A stretch of 64,000 nucleotides of DNA from NCBI RefSeq assembly GCF_009914755.1, contig NC_060937.1; one strand, 5' to 3'. The DNA comes from the human T2T-CHM13v2.0 reference genome, Homo sapiens. Of the stretch, positions 41,063 through 54,256 are shown one piece after another; within the stretch, counting starts at the first letter, position 1, and every line of letters begins with the position of its first letter. The notes under the pieces are model-generated. The model was not told where the DNA came from, did not search any database, and saw nothing but the letters and a program-made list of their open reading frames with translations. Made by a program: the position numbers and the translations under genes.

Positions 41063-42150
41063 TATCAGGGGAAACAGCCCCCAATATTTCAATGTAAGTT
41101 CTTTTCTATTTTCCCTAAGTGTTGGCCAGTCTGAGAAATAAAGGGAAAGAGTACAAAAGACAGAAATTTTAAAGCTGGGTGTCTGGGGAAGATATCACAT
41201 GTCAGGTTCCGTGATGCCCCCTGAGCTGTAAAATCAGCAAGTTTTTATTAACAATTTTCAAAGGGGAGGGAGTGTATGAATAGGGTGTGGGTCACAGAGA
41301 TCACATGCTTCAAGGGCAACAAAATATCACAAGGCAAATGGGCAGGGCAAGGTGACAAGGCCAGGGTGAAACTAGAATTACTAACATGGTTCTCAGTCCC
41401 ACTGTGCACGCATTGTCATTGATAAACATCAGGAAACAGGGTTTGGGAGCAGACAACTGGTCTGACTAAAATTTACTAGGCAGGAATTTCCTAATCCTAA
41501 TAAGCCTGGGGGCGCTGCAGGAGACTAGGGCGTGTTTCATCCCTATCTACAACTGCATAAGGCAGACACTCCCAGAGTGGCCATTTTAGAGGCCCCCCCA
41601 CGGGAATGCATTCTTTTCCCAGGGCTGTTAATTATTAATATTCCTTACTGGGGAAAGAATTCAGCAATATTTCTCTTACCCATTTTCGGCAATAAGAGAA
41701 ATATGGCTCTGTCCTGCCTGGCTCCCAGGCAGTCAGACTTAATGGTTATCTCCCTTGTTCCCTGAACATTGCTGTTATCCTGTTCTTTTTTCAAGGTGCC
41801 CAGATTTCATATTTTCCAAACACACATGCTTTAAGAACAATTTGTGCAATTAACGCAATCATCACGGGGTCCTGAGGCGACATACATCCTCAGCTTACGA
41901 AGATGACAGGATTAAGAGATTAAAGTAAAGACAGGCATAGGAAATTATAAAAGTATTGATTGGGGAAGTGATAAATGTCCATGAAATCTTCACAATTTAT
42001 GTTCAGAGATTGCAGTAAAGAGAGGTGTAAGAAATTATAAAAGTATTAATTTGGAGAACTAACAAAAGTCCATGAAATCTTCACAATTTATGTTCTTCTG
42101 TCACAGCTTCAGCAGGTCCCTCCATTCAGGGTCCCTGACTTCCCACAACA
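41063..42150 (-). mobile_element. MER11 (HERV-K11/HML-8) solo LTR, 1088 bp
   Basis: Minus strand starts 'tgttgtgggaagtcagggaccctgaatggagggacctgctgaagc'; characteristic ~90-bp internal duplication at 41941-42096; perfect 6-bp TSD AGTTAA (41057-41062, 42151-42156). Confidence 0.95.
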
Positions 42151-44007
42151 AGTTAAAAACAATTTGAATGAGAATATGACATTCCAAAGTTTGTTTTCTC
42201 TACTAGACAAAATTCATTTGCATTGCTACAGATGAAACATTTGCATTGCTAGCAGTTTTCTGTAAATTAATTTCTTATTCTACAGAATGGTAAAGTGGCT
42301 TAATGAATCAAAATCAATCAAATGTACACACTTCCATAGTATTTAAAAATGCCCAAACGATCCAATGACCAATCCCCAGAAGTTACTTAATAGATGTAGT
42401 AATAGATATAGTAATCTTCATTGCCCATTTACAATTCTTTGACATTAATTTTTCTTAACAGGAAGTATAAGTGAATCTCCCTTCCTGTCATGTAAAGTAA
42501 ATACCTAAACATATATCAAATTAATATCTATTTTTCTATTTTGATATAACCTGTTGAAGACCATAAACATGTAATTTACAGGGTTGATTGTATTTATATT
42601 CATGTATCCTTTTTTCTAATATTACGAAGTTGAAAAATATTATCTTCTGATTTCTTTTAGGAGTTTGGCTTATTGTTTTAACATATTATGCCATTTAGTT
42701 TGTTTAAAAATGAATTAGAAATAACAAACTTTTTTTATAACCTTTGTTTTTCTATAATTTCTTATTCCTACTCTTCCTGCTATATTGAACATTCCAAGAG
42801 AAAAGGAAGGAAAGAATAGGTAGAGAAGATTCAGAGAATTGAGAGAGACATGTCAGAGAACAGATAAATGGTTAAACATTATTCTTCTTGAGTATTCAAT
42901 ATACAAATTTGGTGTTTTCTAACTTTAATGAAACCAAAGAAATAATATGTGCAAAAGATTAAATATAATAAAATAAGAACAATATTGTAAATGTTTTCAG
43001 AATGAGGAATTTCATGAATTAAGATACTTAAAAAATAGGGAAAACAAACTCAGAGGCTGAAACAAGAAAACCTTGAGGTGGAGACTATAGTATTATTTAT
43101 TCTAGGCCATCCTCTGCTGTATTTATTTCATTCAGTGGAAGAGTCATTAATCATGGTAATATTGCACAACAGTGAAACTGAGACCTTTAACTCTTCAGGT
43201 GGAAGATGAAAATCAAAGGAAAAAACAAATAAAAATTTTAGACATAGTTTTCTAAGATATAACCTGAACTTTGGAGTAAAATATTTGTTCAAGTGAAATA
43301 AATTATCTCATTTTGCTGTATAATATGAGATCCTAATGCCCTAAAATGTATGTAACATTTACGCAGCAGTTGAGAGTAGTTTACTTGCTATGGAATCTGG
43401 TGCTTGTTTTAAGAATGTGAATTACTTGTATAGGACAACACAGAGAATTAGTGCACTTAGACTATAAGGAGATTTCTTAAACAGGATTATTCACACTCCC
43501 GTCATTCATAATTAATGTATGCGAGATTGTTTCCATATATTAAAGTGTACAGATAAAAGAAATACTTTTTGATTGGTTGACATTACAAAACTTAATTCCT
43601 AAAAAAATTGGTGAAGCCCATTATATTTAATCTAAGCGTATCTCAATAGATTATCATGACACTTCTAAAAGAGATTCATGCCATCTTCATAAAGAATAAG
43701 TTAAACTCAAATGATGAAGCATGACTGTATCTATCCTAGGAAAACTTTATGAGGTTAAAAATACAACATGGTCCTCAAAGTATAGTGCCATTAAAAGAAA
43801 AAACATCAAATAATTTTACTTTGTTATATAAATGAGAAAATCTGGTGTTGCCAAGTAATTCAGTGTATGGACACTTAATAACTTCCAAAAAAGGAACACT
43901 TTCCTGAAAGTTATTTTTTAACAATTAAGTTTAAAAAAATGCATCTTATTTTTTCATATAACCATTATTATACATAGCAGCGTAGTATTCAGGTTAAATA
44001 AAGCTTT

Positions 44008-44304
44008 TATATATATATAATATATATAACCAAAGTACATATATAGATATATACACACACATATATATACACATATATACACAAACATATACACACACAC
44101 ATATATATGTACTTTGGTTATATATATCATATATATCAAACTGTTTTTAGTCCTGTACTTTGGTTATATTTTATATATACATATATTTAACCATATATAC
44201 TATAAATGGTTATATATAAATAATCATATATACATTATATATAGTATTAACCATATATATGATTACATAGATATATAACCAAAGTACTGGACTGAAAATA
44301 GTTT
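44008..44304. repeat. TA/CA microsatellite region with nested inverted repeats
   Basis: Four copies of taaccaaagtac (or its reverse complement) in +,-,-,+ order inside (TA)n/(CA)n. Confidence 0.9.
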
Positions 44305-44932
44305 CAACTATAAGTAGCCAACATATGCAACATTTTGATTCATATGAAGCAAATATGTACCACCAGTTAAATATTAAAAATATCAGTCATCCATCTCTCA
44401 TTCTTGGTAAGGTAGCTTCACGATATCATTGAAGGACAGAGATTAATTTTTAAACAACCATGATTATTGTAAAATTTTTGTATCTTTCCTGTTACAGAGT
44501 CTACTCATTTCTCAAGTTAGTTAATAAGAGTCTCCCCTGCATGAACTCTTTTAAATATAGTTGTGATTTCTGGAGTAGACCCAAAGAAATAAATAGAAAT
44601 ATACATTTTTATGTTTCTATTACTAGGCACTGGAAAATCAAAATACCTTGAAATTAATTAGTTTAAACTTCATGAATATCATGAGTCAGAAATTGCCATT
44701 TACTTCCCAATTCCAGATAAACAAACAAAAAGTTGACATACAAAACTTTCTCTATAATTAATTTTCAGGTATATTGTGAAAGAATATGAAGGATTTGAAA
44801 TGTGGATGCCCAGAATTCTTGCCTCAGTCATCCTACCTAGCCTTTGCCCTTTCAATATTTCCATGCAGTGAAAATCATCAGGAAATCTCCTAAATGATAC
44901 TGGATGGAGTCAATATAAAGCTTTGTTGCACA

Positions 44933-45314
44933 AGTGGTGGAGGTAGCTCTCAGCAAGGTGGATGGAGAGCCAGAAGGTGGAGGGGTTGGGGAGATAGTCT
45001 TCCGTTGAACCCCTCTCAATGTTCAGATGCCTCTTTCCTCCTTCTCTGCTGAGCCGTCCTGCTGCTCTCTGCCACTCTGTTCCTCTGTAACTCTCAATGT
45101 TCAACCACTTGTTGGTGTGACCACTAAGTTCTTGGGTTTATATGGACACAGGACAGGGGGTCTGGCAGGCAAGAGTGGTCTTGGAGAATTCAACATTCAG
45201 GCATGAAAACAAGAGTGATTGTTCTCAGGTCTGTGGGCACAGGCCCAAGGAGGGAGGCCTTGACAGGAATCCTGCCTTTTTCTACCGAGCACTTCCTTGC
45301 CCCTTCTCATATCA
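44933..45314 (-). mobile_element. 3' LTR, truncated (mostly U3)
   Basis: Homologous to 48820-49212; the minus strand starts 'tgatatgagaagggg'; homology stops near the polyA signal. Confidence 0.88.
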
Positions 45315-45326
45315 TTTCCCCCCTCT
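45315..45326 (-). other. Polypurine tract (PPT)
   Basis: Minus strand agaggggggaaa directly abutting the 3' LTR TG. Confidence 0.85.
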
Positions 45327-45737
45327 GAAGATGCACATCTAACTGTCATTAGAATATGAATGATGACCAGTCTCAGCTGCTTGCTGCTGACAGGGGGAAT
45401 TGTTTTTGGAGAAAATGGCAGTCAGATTCCTCCCAGAGGTCTACCTAAGGGTTCCTGGCAAAGGGGAGCCATCATGCGAGGCTTCAGTTGCCTGCCTGTT
45501 TGGAGTTTGATGGCCTTTAGGTGTGAGAGAAAAAAACAAGTTTTATAACATTAAGTATGCATGAGTTAAATGTGTATATTATATATGGAAAGAATTTAGT
45601 GCCAACGATTACAGAAATAAGAAGTAAAGTGTACTAATTATTCCCAAAACACTATTGTGCCCCATGGTATAGAACAGAACAAAGTTAAGAACAGCAAGCA
45701 TAGACAAGACTATAGAGAGGATATCCATCGAAGCTTA

Positions 45738-45887
45738 TTAACATTTATCTTTTGTGATTTTTAGCTTGAGATCCCTGATCTCTTCACATTGGTACTTTGG
45801 GTGCTCTTCTGGGTTGACGGAGGTGACTCCATCAGCTTCCCAGGCCTTTACTTGGGTATGATGAATCCAAGACTCTATTCCAGTGAC
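45738..45887 (-). pseudogene. pol: Integrase C-terminal remnant
   Basis: My translation, VTGIESWIHHTQVKAWEADG...YQCEEIRDLKLKITKDKC*, contains the gammaretroviral WIHxxxVK motif. Confidence 0.8.
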
Positions 45888-47095
45888 CTACTGTAAAAGA
45901 CCAAGGTGGCCACTTTAAGGAGGTTCTGTAAAGTATTCTCTGGTCCCAGGGCCTGTTTCTGCAGCTTCCTTGTGATATCAGGGCCTGCCTGAGTAATACA
46001 TTTATCCTTTAGGATTAGTTGTTCCTCAACTGATTCAGGAGATAGAGAGGTGTACTTTACCAAGGCCTCTCTCAAGGCCTCTCTCACTGCCTTTTCCAAG
46101 AAGGCAGTGGAATTTTCATCAAATCCTTGGTCGATTGTGGATAACTTAGTACAATTGAGAGGCTTGGTCTTGGTCCTATGTAAGCCCTCCATTATGCACA
46201 CCTGAAAGTGTCTCCTCTTTCAGTCTCCCATCTCATCATTGGGATCCCATTTAGGGCCATTCACTGGTACTGCTTCTCTTCCAGTTGGATAATATTTGCC
46301 CTCTTCCCTGACACTATATGTGATATAAAGGTCATTCCCAAATCTCTCTGCCGCTTGTAGAGTGGCCTGCTTCTCAGTGTCTGTCAGGGTCTGATTCAAA
46401 GGTAACATAATGTCTCTCCAGGAGAGTTCAGATATTTGGGTGAAATTCTGGAAAGCCTCTATACATCTGTCAGGGATATCTGCAAACTCGCCACGATCCC
46501 CCTTAATTTGCTTTAAGTCCTGTAGAGAGAAGGGGACCTGGACCTCACTGGGCCCAAATTCACTGGGCATCTGTTGAAGGGGCAAGAGTGAGACTGGGGC
46601 TTGTCTATGGCAAGGATTTCTAGGAGGGGGCAAGTGAGAGGCTGAAGCTAGATAAGGGAGGTCGGGGTGGACCCTGAGGAGCAGGGTTGGATGGAGCTGG
46701 GTCCTCTGCTGGGGGTGCCTCTGGGACTCACATCTTTAGTTCCCTGGGCTTGCCTCTTGCAGCCTTCCCTGAGATAATAAACAGGAGCGCTGGATCAATC
46801 CTACCCTGTTGGCAAAGATCTGGATTACCTTGAAAGGTATAGAAAGCCTGTACATATGGAGCCGCAGTCCATCTGTCCTCACATTACAGAAAATTTCCAA
46901 CTGCCAGGTTTTATTGAAATGAATGGTTCCTTCCTGAGGCCAACCAATCCTTCATAATTTAGCCAAACTTTTGTGCAGAGAGCTATAAGGCATTTTTCCT
47001 TCAGATTCTGAGGGTCAAAGCAGTTCCCGTGGTTCAGGATATGCTCCAGAGGTGTATAAGCTGGGGATGGTGAAGAGAGTTGGTTGCTTATTCTG
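45888..47095 (-). pseudogene. gag: gag (MA-CA) remnant, frameshifted
   Basis: MA 'TPLEHILNHGNCFDPQNLKEKCLIALC'; CA 'VQVPFSLQDLKQIKGD..ELSWRDIMLPLNQTL..PTGREAVP'; MHR 'QGFDENSTAFLE..REAL', 'DITRKLQKQALGP'. Confidence 0.92.
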
Positions 47096-48421
47096 AAGGA
47101 CAGGAAATTTCCCTTCCCTCTTTCAGTGAAAACTTGGAGTGTTATGGAGAGAGAAAGCAAGCACTCTCCCTTTCTCTTCCATCTTTTTATCCCCCAGGCC
47201 TGGCAACCTTGGCAGGCACCACTCATGAGTGCCGATGTCGCATTTACCCACGAAACAGGGAAGGCTTAGAGAACGGGAGTTATCCGCACTCACTTATGCC
47301 TCCATCTTCCCCTGCCTTTCAGTTCTCTGGGTCTCATTTATGCGGGGGAGCATGGCCTCCATCAATGGGGTTGGGGCTTTAGTAGGCAGGAATTTGTTCT
47401 GCCCATTTATACTGTGCCTGTTGCCTGGCTGTGGATCTCTCAGATCTGGTTTTCCTTTTTAGAGCCTCAGCCTAAAGCTTGGAATTGAGTTTGGGAATAA
47501 AAAGTATTTTAAGGGGCTGTTTGTATCTGTTTAGATTGTCTCAAATGGGCCCTGCCAAATTTGCAGTTATCAGCCAGCAGGGGGTCGCTCCTCCACGAAC
47601 TTCCCTATCAAGCCAGAGTGCTGGGGAGGGAAATCCTCTCACTTAGAAAAGGAAAAAGAGAGAAAACAGTTTAATGGTTCTGGGGGAATGACCCCTTGCT
47701 CACTGTAAATGGGTCCCTTTAATCCTTTTATTCTTCCCCCCACCCCTCACCCCGCCCCGTTTGTGCTGGGCTGGACTCCTTGGCCAGAGGAGGTAGAGTT
47801 TCACTGTCGTGGTGGGTTTGAAGCGCCGGCCATCTGACCCATCTGTGGGTCCTGGCAGTAGCGAGGGTTTTCTCCTGCCCCTCATGGCTGTTGGGTGCTG
47901 CCTTTGCATGCTGTGGACATGCTCAGGTGCCCAAGCTGAGAGGCGAGGGGTTTGGAGATGGGGGGCCGTGGGCTGCGAGAGCCTGCAGTTGTTGGGGTGG
48001 AGGTGGGGATGGCACCTCTGAGAAAAAACAGAAACCACATTGTTCTGATTTACACATTTGATGGCTGAGCCAAAGCCATCATTCTATTTAATATTATAGC
48101 CACAGCCTGCAGCAAAACTCTTAACAATATAAAGGTAGAGATAAGAGCCATTTCAAACCCCGAGAGAAGAAAAGACATCAAGTGAAGTCTGGGGGTCTCG
48201 ACCAGTGCTCGTTAGGGAGGTCGGGGATGGGGTTCAGTCTTGGGGCCTTCCAGCAAGAGATGCCTTTGGTTTCCCCAGGTTTTCACTCTGGTCCCATGCG
48301 GCGGTTAGACCTCATGAAGGGAAACCAAGCCCTTTACCCACAGAAAAGAGAAAGAGGTGGCAGGGTCTTGGAAAAGAAGCAGATCCTACAGTTCCACATC
48401 TGTACTCACCTTCTTATGAAT

Positions 48422-48439
48422 ACCCCCGACAAGGCCCCA
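48422..48439 (-). promoter_or_regulatory. Primer-binding site, tRNA-Pro-like
   Basis: Minus strand tggggccttgtcgggggt matches 14/18 of TGGGGGCTCGTCCGGGAT and lies 2 nt from the LTR end. Confidence 0.75.
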
Positions 48440-48441
48440 GC

Positions 48442-49212
48442 TGAAATAGGAGAGTTCCCTGATTCCCCTCACAGGATATGCAACGGGGTGTGGCTTGCCT
48501 GTCTGGGTCACCCCACTTCTCAAACCCCTTGAGGGAGGGGGAGGATGCAGATGGGCAGGTGCAGAGGGTGGGGCAAGTGCTTTGGGCCTTCAGCCCCATG
48601 GTAGTGTCTAGGGATGGGTGCCTGCAACCCCAGTGCTACCAAGCTCTTTCAGCTTTGCCATCTGCAGATGGCTTGAGTGTTAGTCAACTCAATGGACCGT
48701 CTGCCTTATTTCAAGGGCAGAGGGCCAGTGTGACAGCTTTCTGTGTCCCCAGCTCTTGCCCAGTGTACCGGAAGAATCAGATCACACACGGGCTCAACGG
48801 CTGAGCGCATGGTTTTATTGAGTGGTGGAGATGGCTCTCAGTGAGAAGGACAGGGAGCCGGAAGGTGGAGGGGCGGGGAGATAATCTTCCCCTGAACTCC
48901 TCTTGACGTCCAGACGCCTCTTTCCTCCTTCTCTGGTGTACCACTCGGCCGCTCTCCGTGGCTCTCTGCCACTCTGTTCCTCTGCTCCTCTCGATGTTCA
49001 GCCACTTGTGTATGTGTGACTACTTGGGTTTATATGGGCACAGGATAGGGGTGTGGTGGGCCAGAGTGGTCTTGGAAAATGCAACATTTGGGTATGAAAC
49101 AGGGGTGCCTGTTCTCACTTACGTCTGCAGACATAGGTTTGAGGGTGGAGCCCTCACTGGCAGAGACCCTGCCCTTCTCTACCCAGCACTTCCCTGTCCC
49201 CCTCCCATATCA
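48442..49212 (-). mobile_element. 5' LTR, complete, ~770 bp
   Basis: Minus strand tgatatgggagggg...ctcctatttca; AATAAA on the minus strand at ~48814-48819. Confidence 0.9.
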
Positions 49213-50025
49213 CTTTTAATAGAATTCTATAGAGAATATGTTGAAAAAGCTAATCAATTAACATGTAACTTCACTTTCGACCCTAAACCTCTTAATACAG
49301 TGCAGTGTCCCGTTTTGGATGTTCCTATTTTAAAAATAAGTTCTGGCAAGTTTTCATTATAGTAACTTTTTCATTATTGAAGAAAAGCAGCAGTAGCAAA
49401 AAAATCATGTTGACAGCATAATGACACCTGGTAATAAATACATAACCAGACCACACTTCTACGCTCCTTATTTTACCTTATTTAGAAGACAACTCAGCCT
49501 CTTCGTCTCTTTGTCTTTCCGGTCAATGTAGCATTATTCAAACGGGGAAACTGGTAGCTATTCTTAAAAGAAAGACTCTGTTTTAACTAACAATGAGAGA
49601 CTGTCATTTGTCACTTCAAGTTTACTCAGGATTAAGGAAAAGAGATCTGTAATATGGAATCATTGCTGATGGAAGATAGCATCCTTTTGCCTTCTTAACT
49701 TTGTTTGGGATATTCAATTTATGTTATTTCTGATTAAACAGATGCATCATAATTTATGTCCATGGACAATCCATGGATATTTTCAGCAATGAAAATACAA
49801 GGTTAATTTTTAAAATGATTTTATTGTTTTTGTTGCAATCTCTGAATCCACTTTCCAAGTTAATTTTTGGAAAAGATGACTCTGGTATTTATTGTGAAAT
49901 TCATTTCAGGTTTATTGGTAATAAAAATTGCCTCACAGTTTTATGACCTCATTTTTGCATAAATAGACATTTATTTCCCGGATACTGTCTGAGAAGATTT
50001 GAGAGTGTATCTGGAGATTTGAGAG

Positions 50026-50395
50026 TGTATCATTTAGGATAGGCTGAGTTATGCTGCAGTAACAAACAAACCCTAAATCTCAGTGGTTTATTAGAATATA
50101 ACTTTATTTCTCACTATATGACCTATGGAAGATGTCAGGTGGGCTCAGTTCATTGCCATCATTTGGTACCCAGACCAATAAAATCTTCATCTTCATCTTG
50201 AAACATATTTCTATGATCATAGCAGACAGAAGGGAAGGTTGCTAATTGCACATTGGCTGTTAATGTTTCCATGAAGAAATTTTACGTCATTTCTGCTTGA
50301 GCTCAAGGGAACATATAAGTACATTCTCATCACATTTCCACATCAGAGATCAGGAAATATAAGTTTTATAGCAGATTAATGTCTACTAACAATAG
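50026..50395 (-). mobile_element. MLT1 (I/J-type) MaLR LTR
   Basis: 'ttaggataggctgagttatgctgcagtaacaaacaaaccctaaatctcagtggttt'. Confidence 0.75.
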
Positions 50396-50704
50396 TGATC
50401 AGATACGTCACATCTTGGAAGAGAATGGTGAGGAACAATAGTGAGAACACTGTTCTCTTAATAGAGCTAATTTTTGAGTTTTCCAGAATTTATGAGTCCC
50501 CTTATAAAATGGAATATACATATAAGCTATATTATGAAATTCCACATCTGAATGTTTTCCACTTGAAATCTTCCTTCTTTCTCTATCTCCTATGCCACAT
50601 TTTCCCAGTGGGAGTGATTCCTGACTTTTGACAAAGAGAACAGATGAATTAATTTATGTTGATTGTAAAACAACTGTACAGGTGTTACAATCTCTGTTAA
50701 GAGG

Positions 50705-50920
50705 CAGTATTTGCAGTAATTGCAAATTTGGTCCCTTGGATTAGACTTTCTAAATTCTCCTGACATGCCACTTACTTGCAGTATGACTTTTGACAAGGTA
50801 TGAAACCTTTTGTTGGCTTGGTATTGTTTTCTGCAAAATAAGCAATAAGACTCACCACAAGTTAATACAGATAAACTTCTTGGAACAATTCATAACATGC
50901 CCTCAATTAATGATAGCCTT
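50705..50920 (+). mobile_element. MIR SINE
   Basis: 'tgccacttacttgcagtatgacttttgacaagg...ttttctgcaaaataag'. Confidence 0.6.
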
Positions 50921-52300
50921 GGTGGTCGATTAAACTTTATGATTTAGAAACAACTCAGACTCCTGCTTTTATCTGATATATACTTTTATTGGACTAAACA
51001 TTAAAATCGCTGTATTTTAATTTTTAATATATTTATTTCAGTATTTATCATACTTTTATTTCTGTATTTATCATTTATCATCTACATTTCCCCCAAATAA
51101 CTCATATGATACAAAAGATGCAGATTTTACAACTACTTTGTAAGCTTCAGTGTAAATAATTTCATATATTGAAAAGATGGACCACTTTTGCCGGTTGTTG
51201 AATATGATATGTCATCATTGAATTGAGTAAATATAAATAAGAAAAATATATAGAAAATAGCATGTTTTATTCCGTAAGTTAAGACTCTTACCAGGTATAC
51301 TTTTCATACAAAGGAAAAAATACCTTATTTTATTTCCTGAATAACTGCAAAGAATCAAAATTTTGCATGTATACTTTAGTTAAAACATTACTACAAATAT
51401 TAAATAAATTATGGGTACATTAAAGGAGACAACTGGCATTTTGTGACTTTTGACAATTACAATATTTTAGAAAACTCAAGATTATTCAATCAACGGTTCA
51501 ACTTAATATATATATTAATTTTTTTAAAAGATTTTTAGTATTTCCCAATAATTAAAATTATGTTGAGTATTTAAAAATAAATGGAAGTACTCATCCATCT
51601 TTTCAGGATAAATAGCACTTCAGTAAATAATTGGGATGTAAATTGTCTACAGAAATAGAAACCATTGATGTTATTTATATATAATGAATATGCATTTCAT
51701 TGCATCATATCCAGCACAAAAAAAGGCTTTTGTACTTTCATTTATGATCATTTGTTTTGTGAGCTACTTATCGCTAATCTAAGTTATCAGAGTTAAAAAT
51801 ATCAAACTCTAATAGTTACTCAATTTGAAAATCAAAATAATAAGGCTATTTATTAAAATATGTATTTGAATGCATTAAATTGGGACATTACTAAGAATGG
51901 ATTATAATTAGCTTTTTTAATTGCAAATAATTATGTTCACAAATGAGACAAAAAACAGTTGAATGACTAAATTTTAAGTGAAAGAGATGCTGTTGCTTGA
52001 GATGTAATTTTAACACTCATGAAACCGGGTAATTTTCAAAGTAAATAACGGTACATTATATATTTTATAAAAATTCTCACTGGAACTCTCACAAATTTGT
52101 TATCATATATTAGTATCTAGCAATATGTTTAATGAAAATCATGTCTATTGACATTGATCTTCAATTATGTACTCTAATTCGATTCCTTCATCACTTAATT
52201 TTATTATTATGTGTATGTAGAATGATTATAATTGTTAAAAAGGATGCTGAATTTCATTACATAAAATAAAATAATATCAATAATGCTTCCATAGGTGTGC

Positions 52301-52617
52301 TTTTTAAATTATTATTATTATTCTTTTTGAGTCAGAGTCTCATTCTGTCACCCAGGCTAGAGTGCAGTGGCAGGATCTTGGTTCACTGCAACCTTTGCCT
52401 CCTGGGTTCAAGTAATTCTCCTGCCTCAGCCACCGAATAGCTGGGACCACCGAGTAGTAGGTGTGCACCATGATGCCCAGCTAATTTTTGTAGTTTTAGT
52501 AGAGACAGGGTTTCATCATGTTGGCCAGGCTGGTTTCAAACTTATGGCCTCAAGTGATTGGCCCTCCTAGGCCTCCCAAAGTGCTGGGATTACAGGCGTG
52601 AACCACTGTGCCTGGCC
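52301..52617 (-). mobile_element. Alu, AluSz/J-like
   Basis: Antisense dimer with a (TTA)n tail. Confidence 0.95.
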
Positions 52618-52740
52618 AGATGTGTTATTTTTACGTTATTTGTAATTGTTATTTTTATTCCGGGCTATTATAATTTGATATTTAATTATTTAAAAGTAAA
52701 GGAAGCCAAAAACAAACAAACAAAAAGCAAGAAGCAAATC

Positions 52741-52951
52741 AACCATACTACAATTTCTGAAAATTTTTATTGCACTTTTGTTAGGAATACTTCAAATCTT
52801 TTCTGAATATTTTGAAATATACAATAAGTTACTGTTATCTGTAGTCACCTTATTGTGCTAAATACCCTGATTTGATCAATACATATTGTGTGCATGTGTT
52901 GAAATATCACATGTACCCCATAAATGTATACTATTATGTATCAATAAAAAT
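52741..52951. mobile_element. Short L1MA 3'UTR with 5' inversion (52741-52860 minus, 52861-52951 plus)
   Basis: 'ttttgaaatatacaataagttactgttatctgtagtcaccttattgtgcta' (antisense) abuts 'aataccctgatttgatc...tgtatcaataaaaa' (sense). Confidence 0.82.
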
Positions 52952-53505
52952 ACAATTTTTTATTATACACAGAAAGAACAATTATCTGTCACAGAAATAA
53001 TGCAAATGTATGCATCTTAACAGCTACTTGTTATATTTTAATGAAAATCTGGTTTAGAGAACAAAGTTCAGTTTTATACCACACTGAATAATTTAAAATT
53101 ATAATAGTTTATTAAATATATGTGTGTACAAGTGCATATTGGTAGTAATATTGTGAAAACAGATTAACTTTTTTTTGTTGCTTTTTTTGCGGAAAATGGT
53201 AGAATGTTTCTGTAGTTCAGTCTTAAATGTTCACTTTTCAAATGCTCCCTTTTATAGACACATTGTTCTATTCTATTTTTGGTGATTTTATAAATTTTTT
53301 CCTGCAGGTCTGAAAAATAAACTCTGAGATTTACATTCTGTGAAAGATAGCTAAGATTTAAAATAACGTTTTGGAATTTAAATGTGAACTTGCATTTATT
53401 AAAAAAATATGAAACTAAAAAGTGCAATTTCTTCCTATTTCCCCAAAGAACTGTGGCAGAACAAAGTACTTATACTTCTAATAGTAGTTATAAAAATATT
53501 AATGT

Positions 53506-54256
<751 letters not shown>

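Larger units (their letters stand above)
44933..49212 (-). mobile_element. Defective ERV1 provirus (HUERS-P / LTR1-LTR27-MER52 group)
   Basis: Two homologous LTRs, a tRNA-Pro-like PBS, a PPT, HERV-W/ERV9-like gag remnants and an integrase C-terminal remnant. Confidence 0.9.

Noticed and set aside
41941-42096. ~90-bp direct repeat that might suggest a novel array
   Set aside because: It is an intrinsic part of the MER11 LTR
44008-44304. Repeat-spacer pattern superficially like CRISPR
   Set aside because: Eukaryotic context, copies in mixed orientation, microsatellite spacers and no cas genes
45875-47226. Possible domesticated gag gene
   Set aside because: Split over several frames with stops, motif decay and loss of NC
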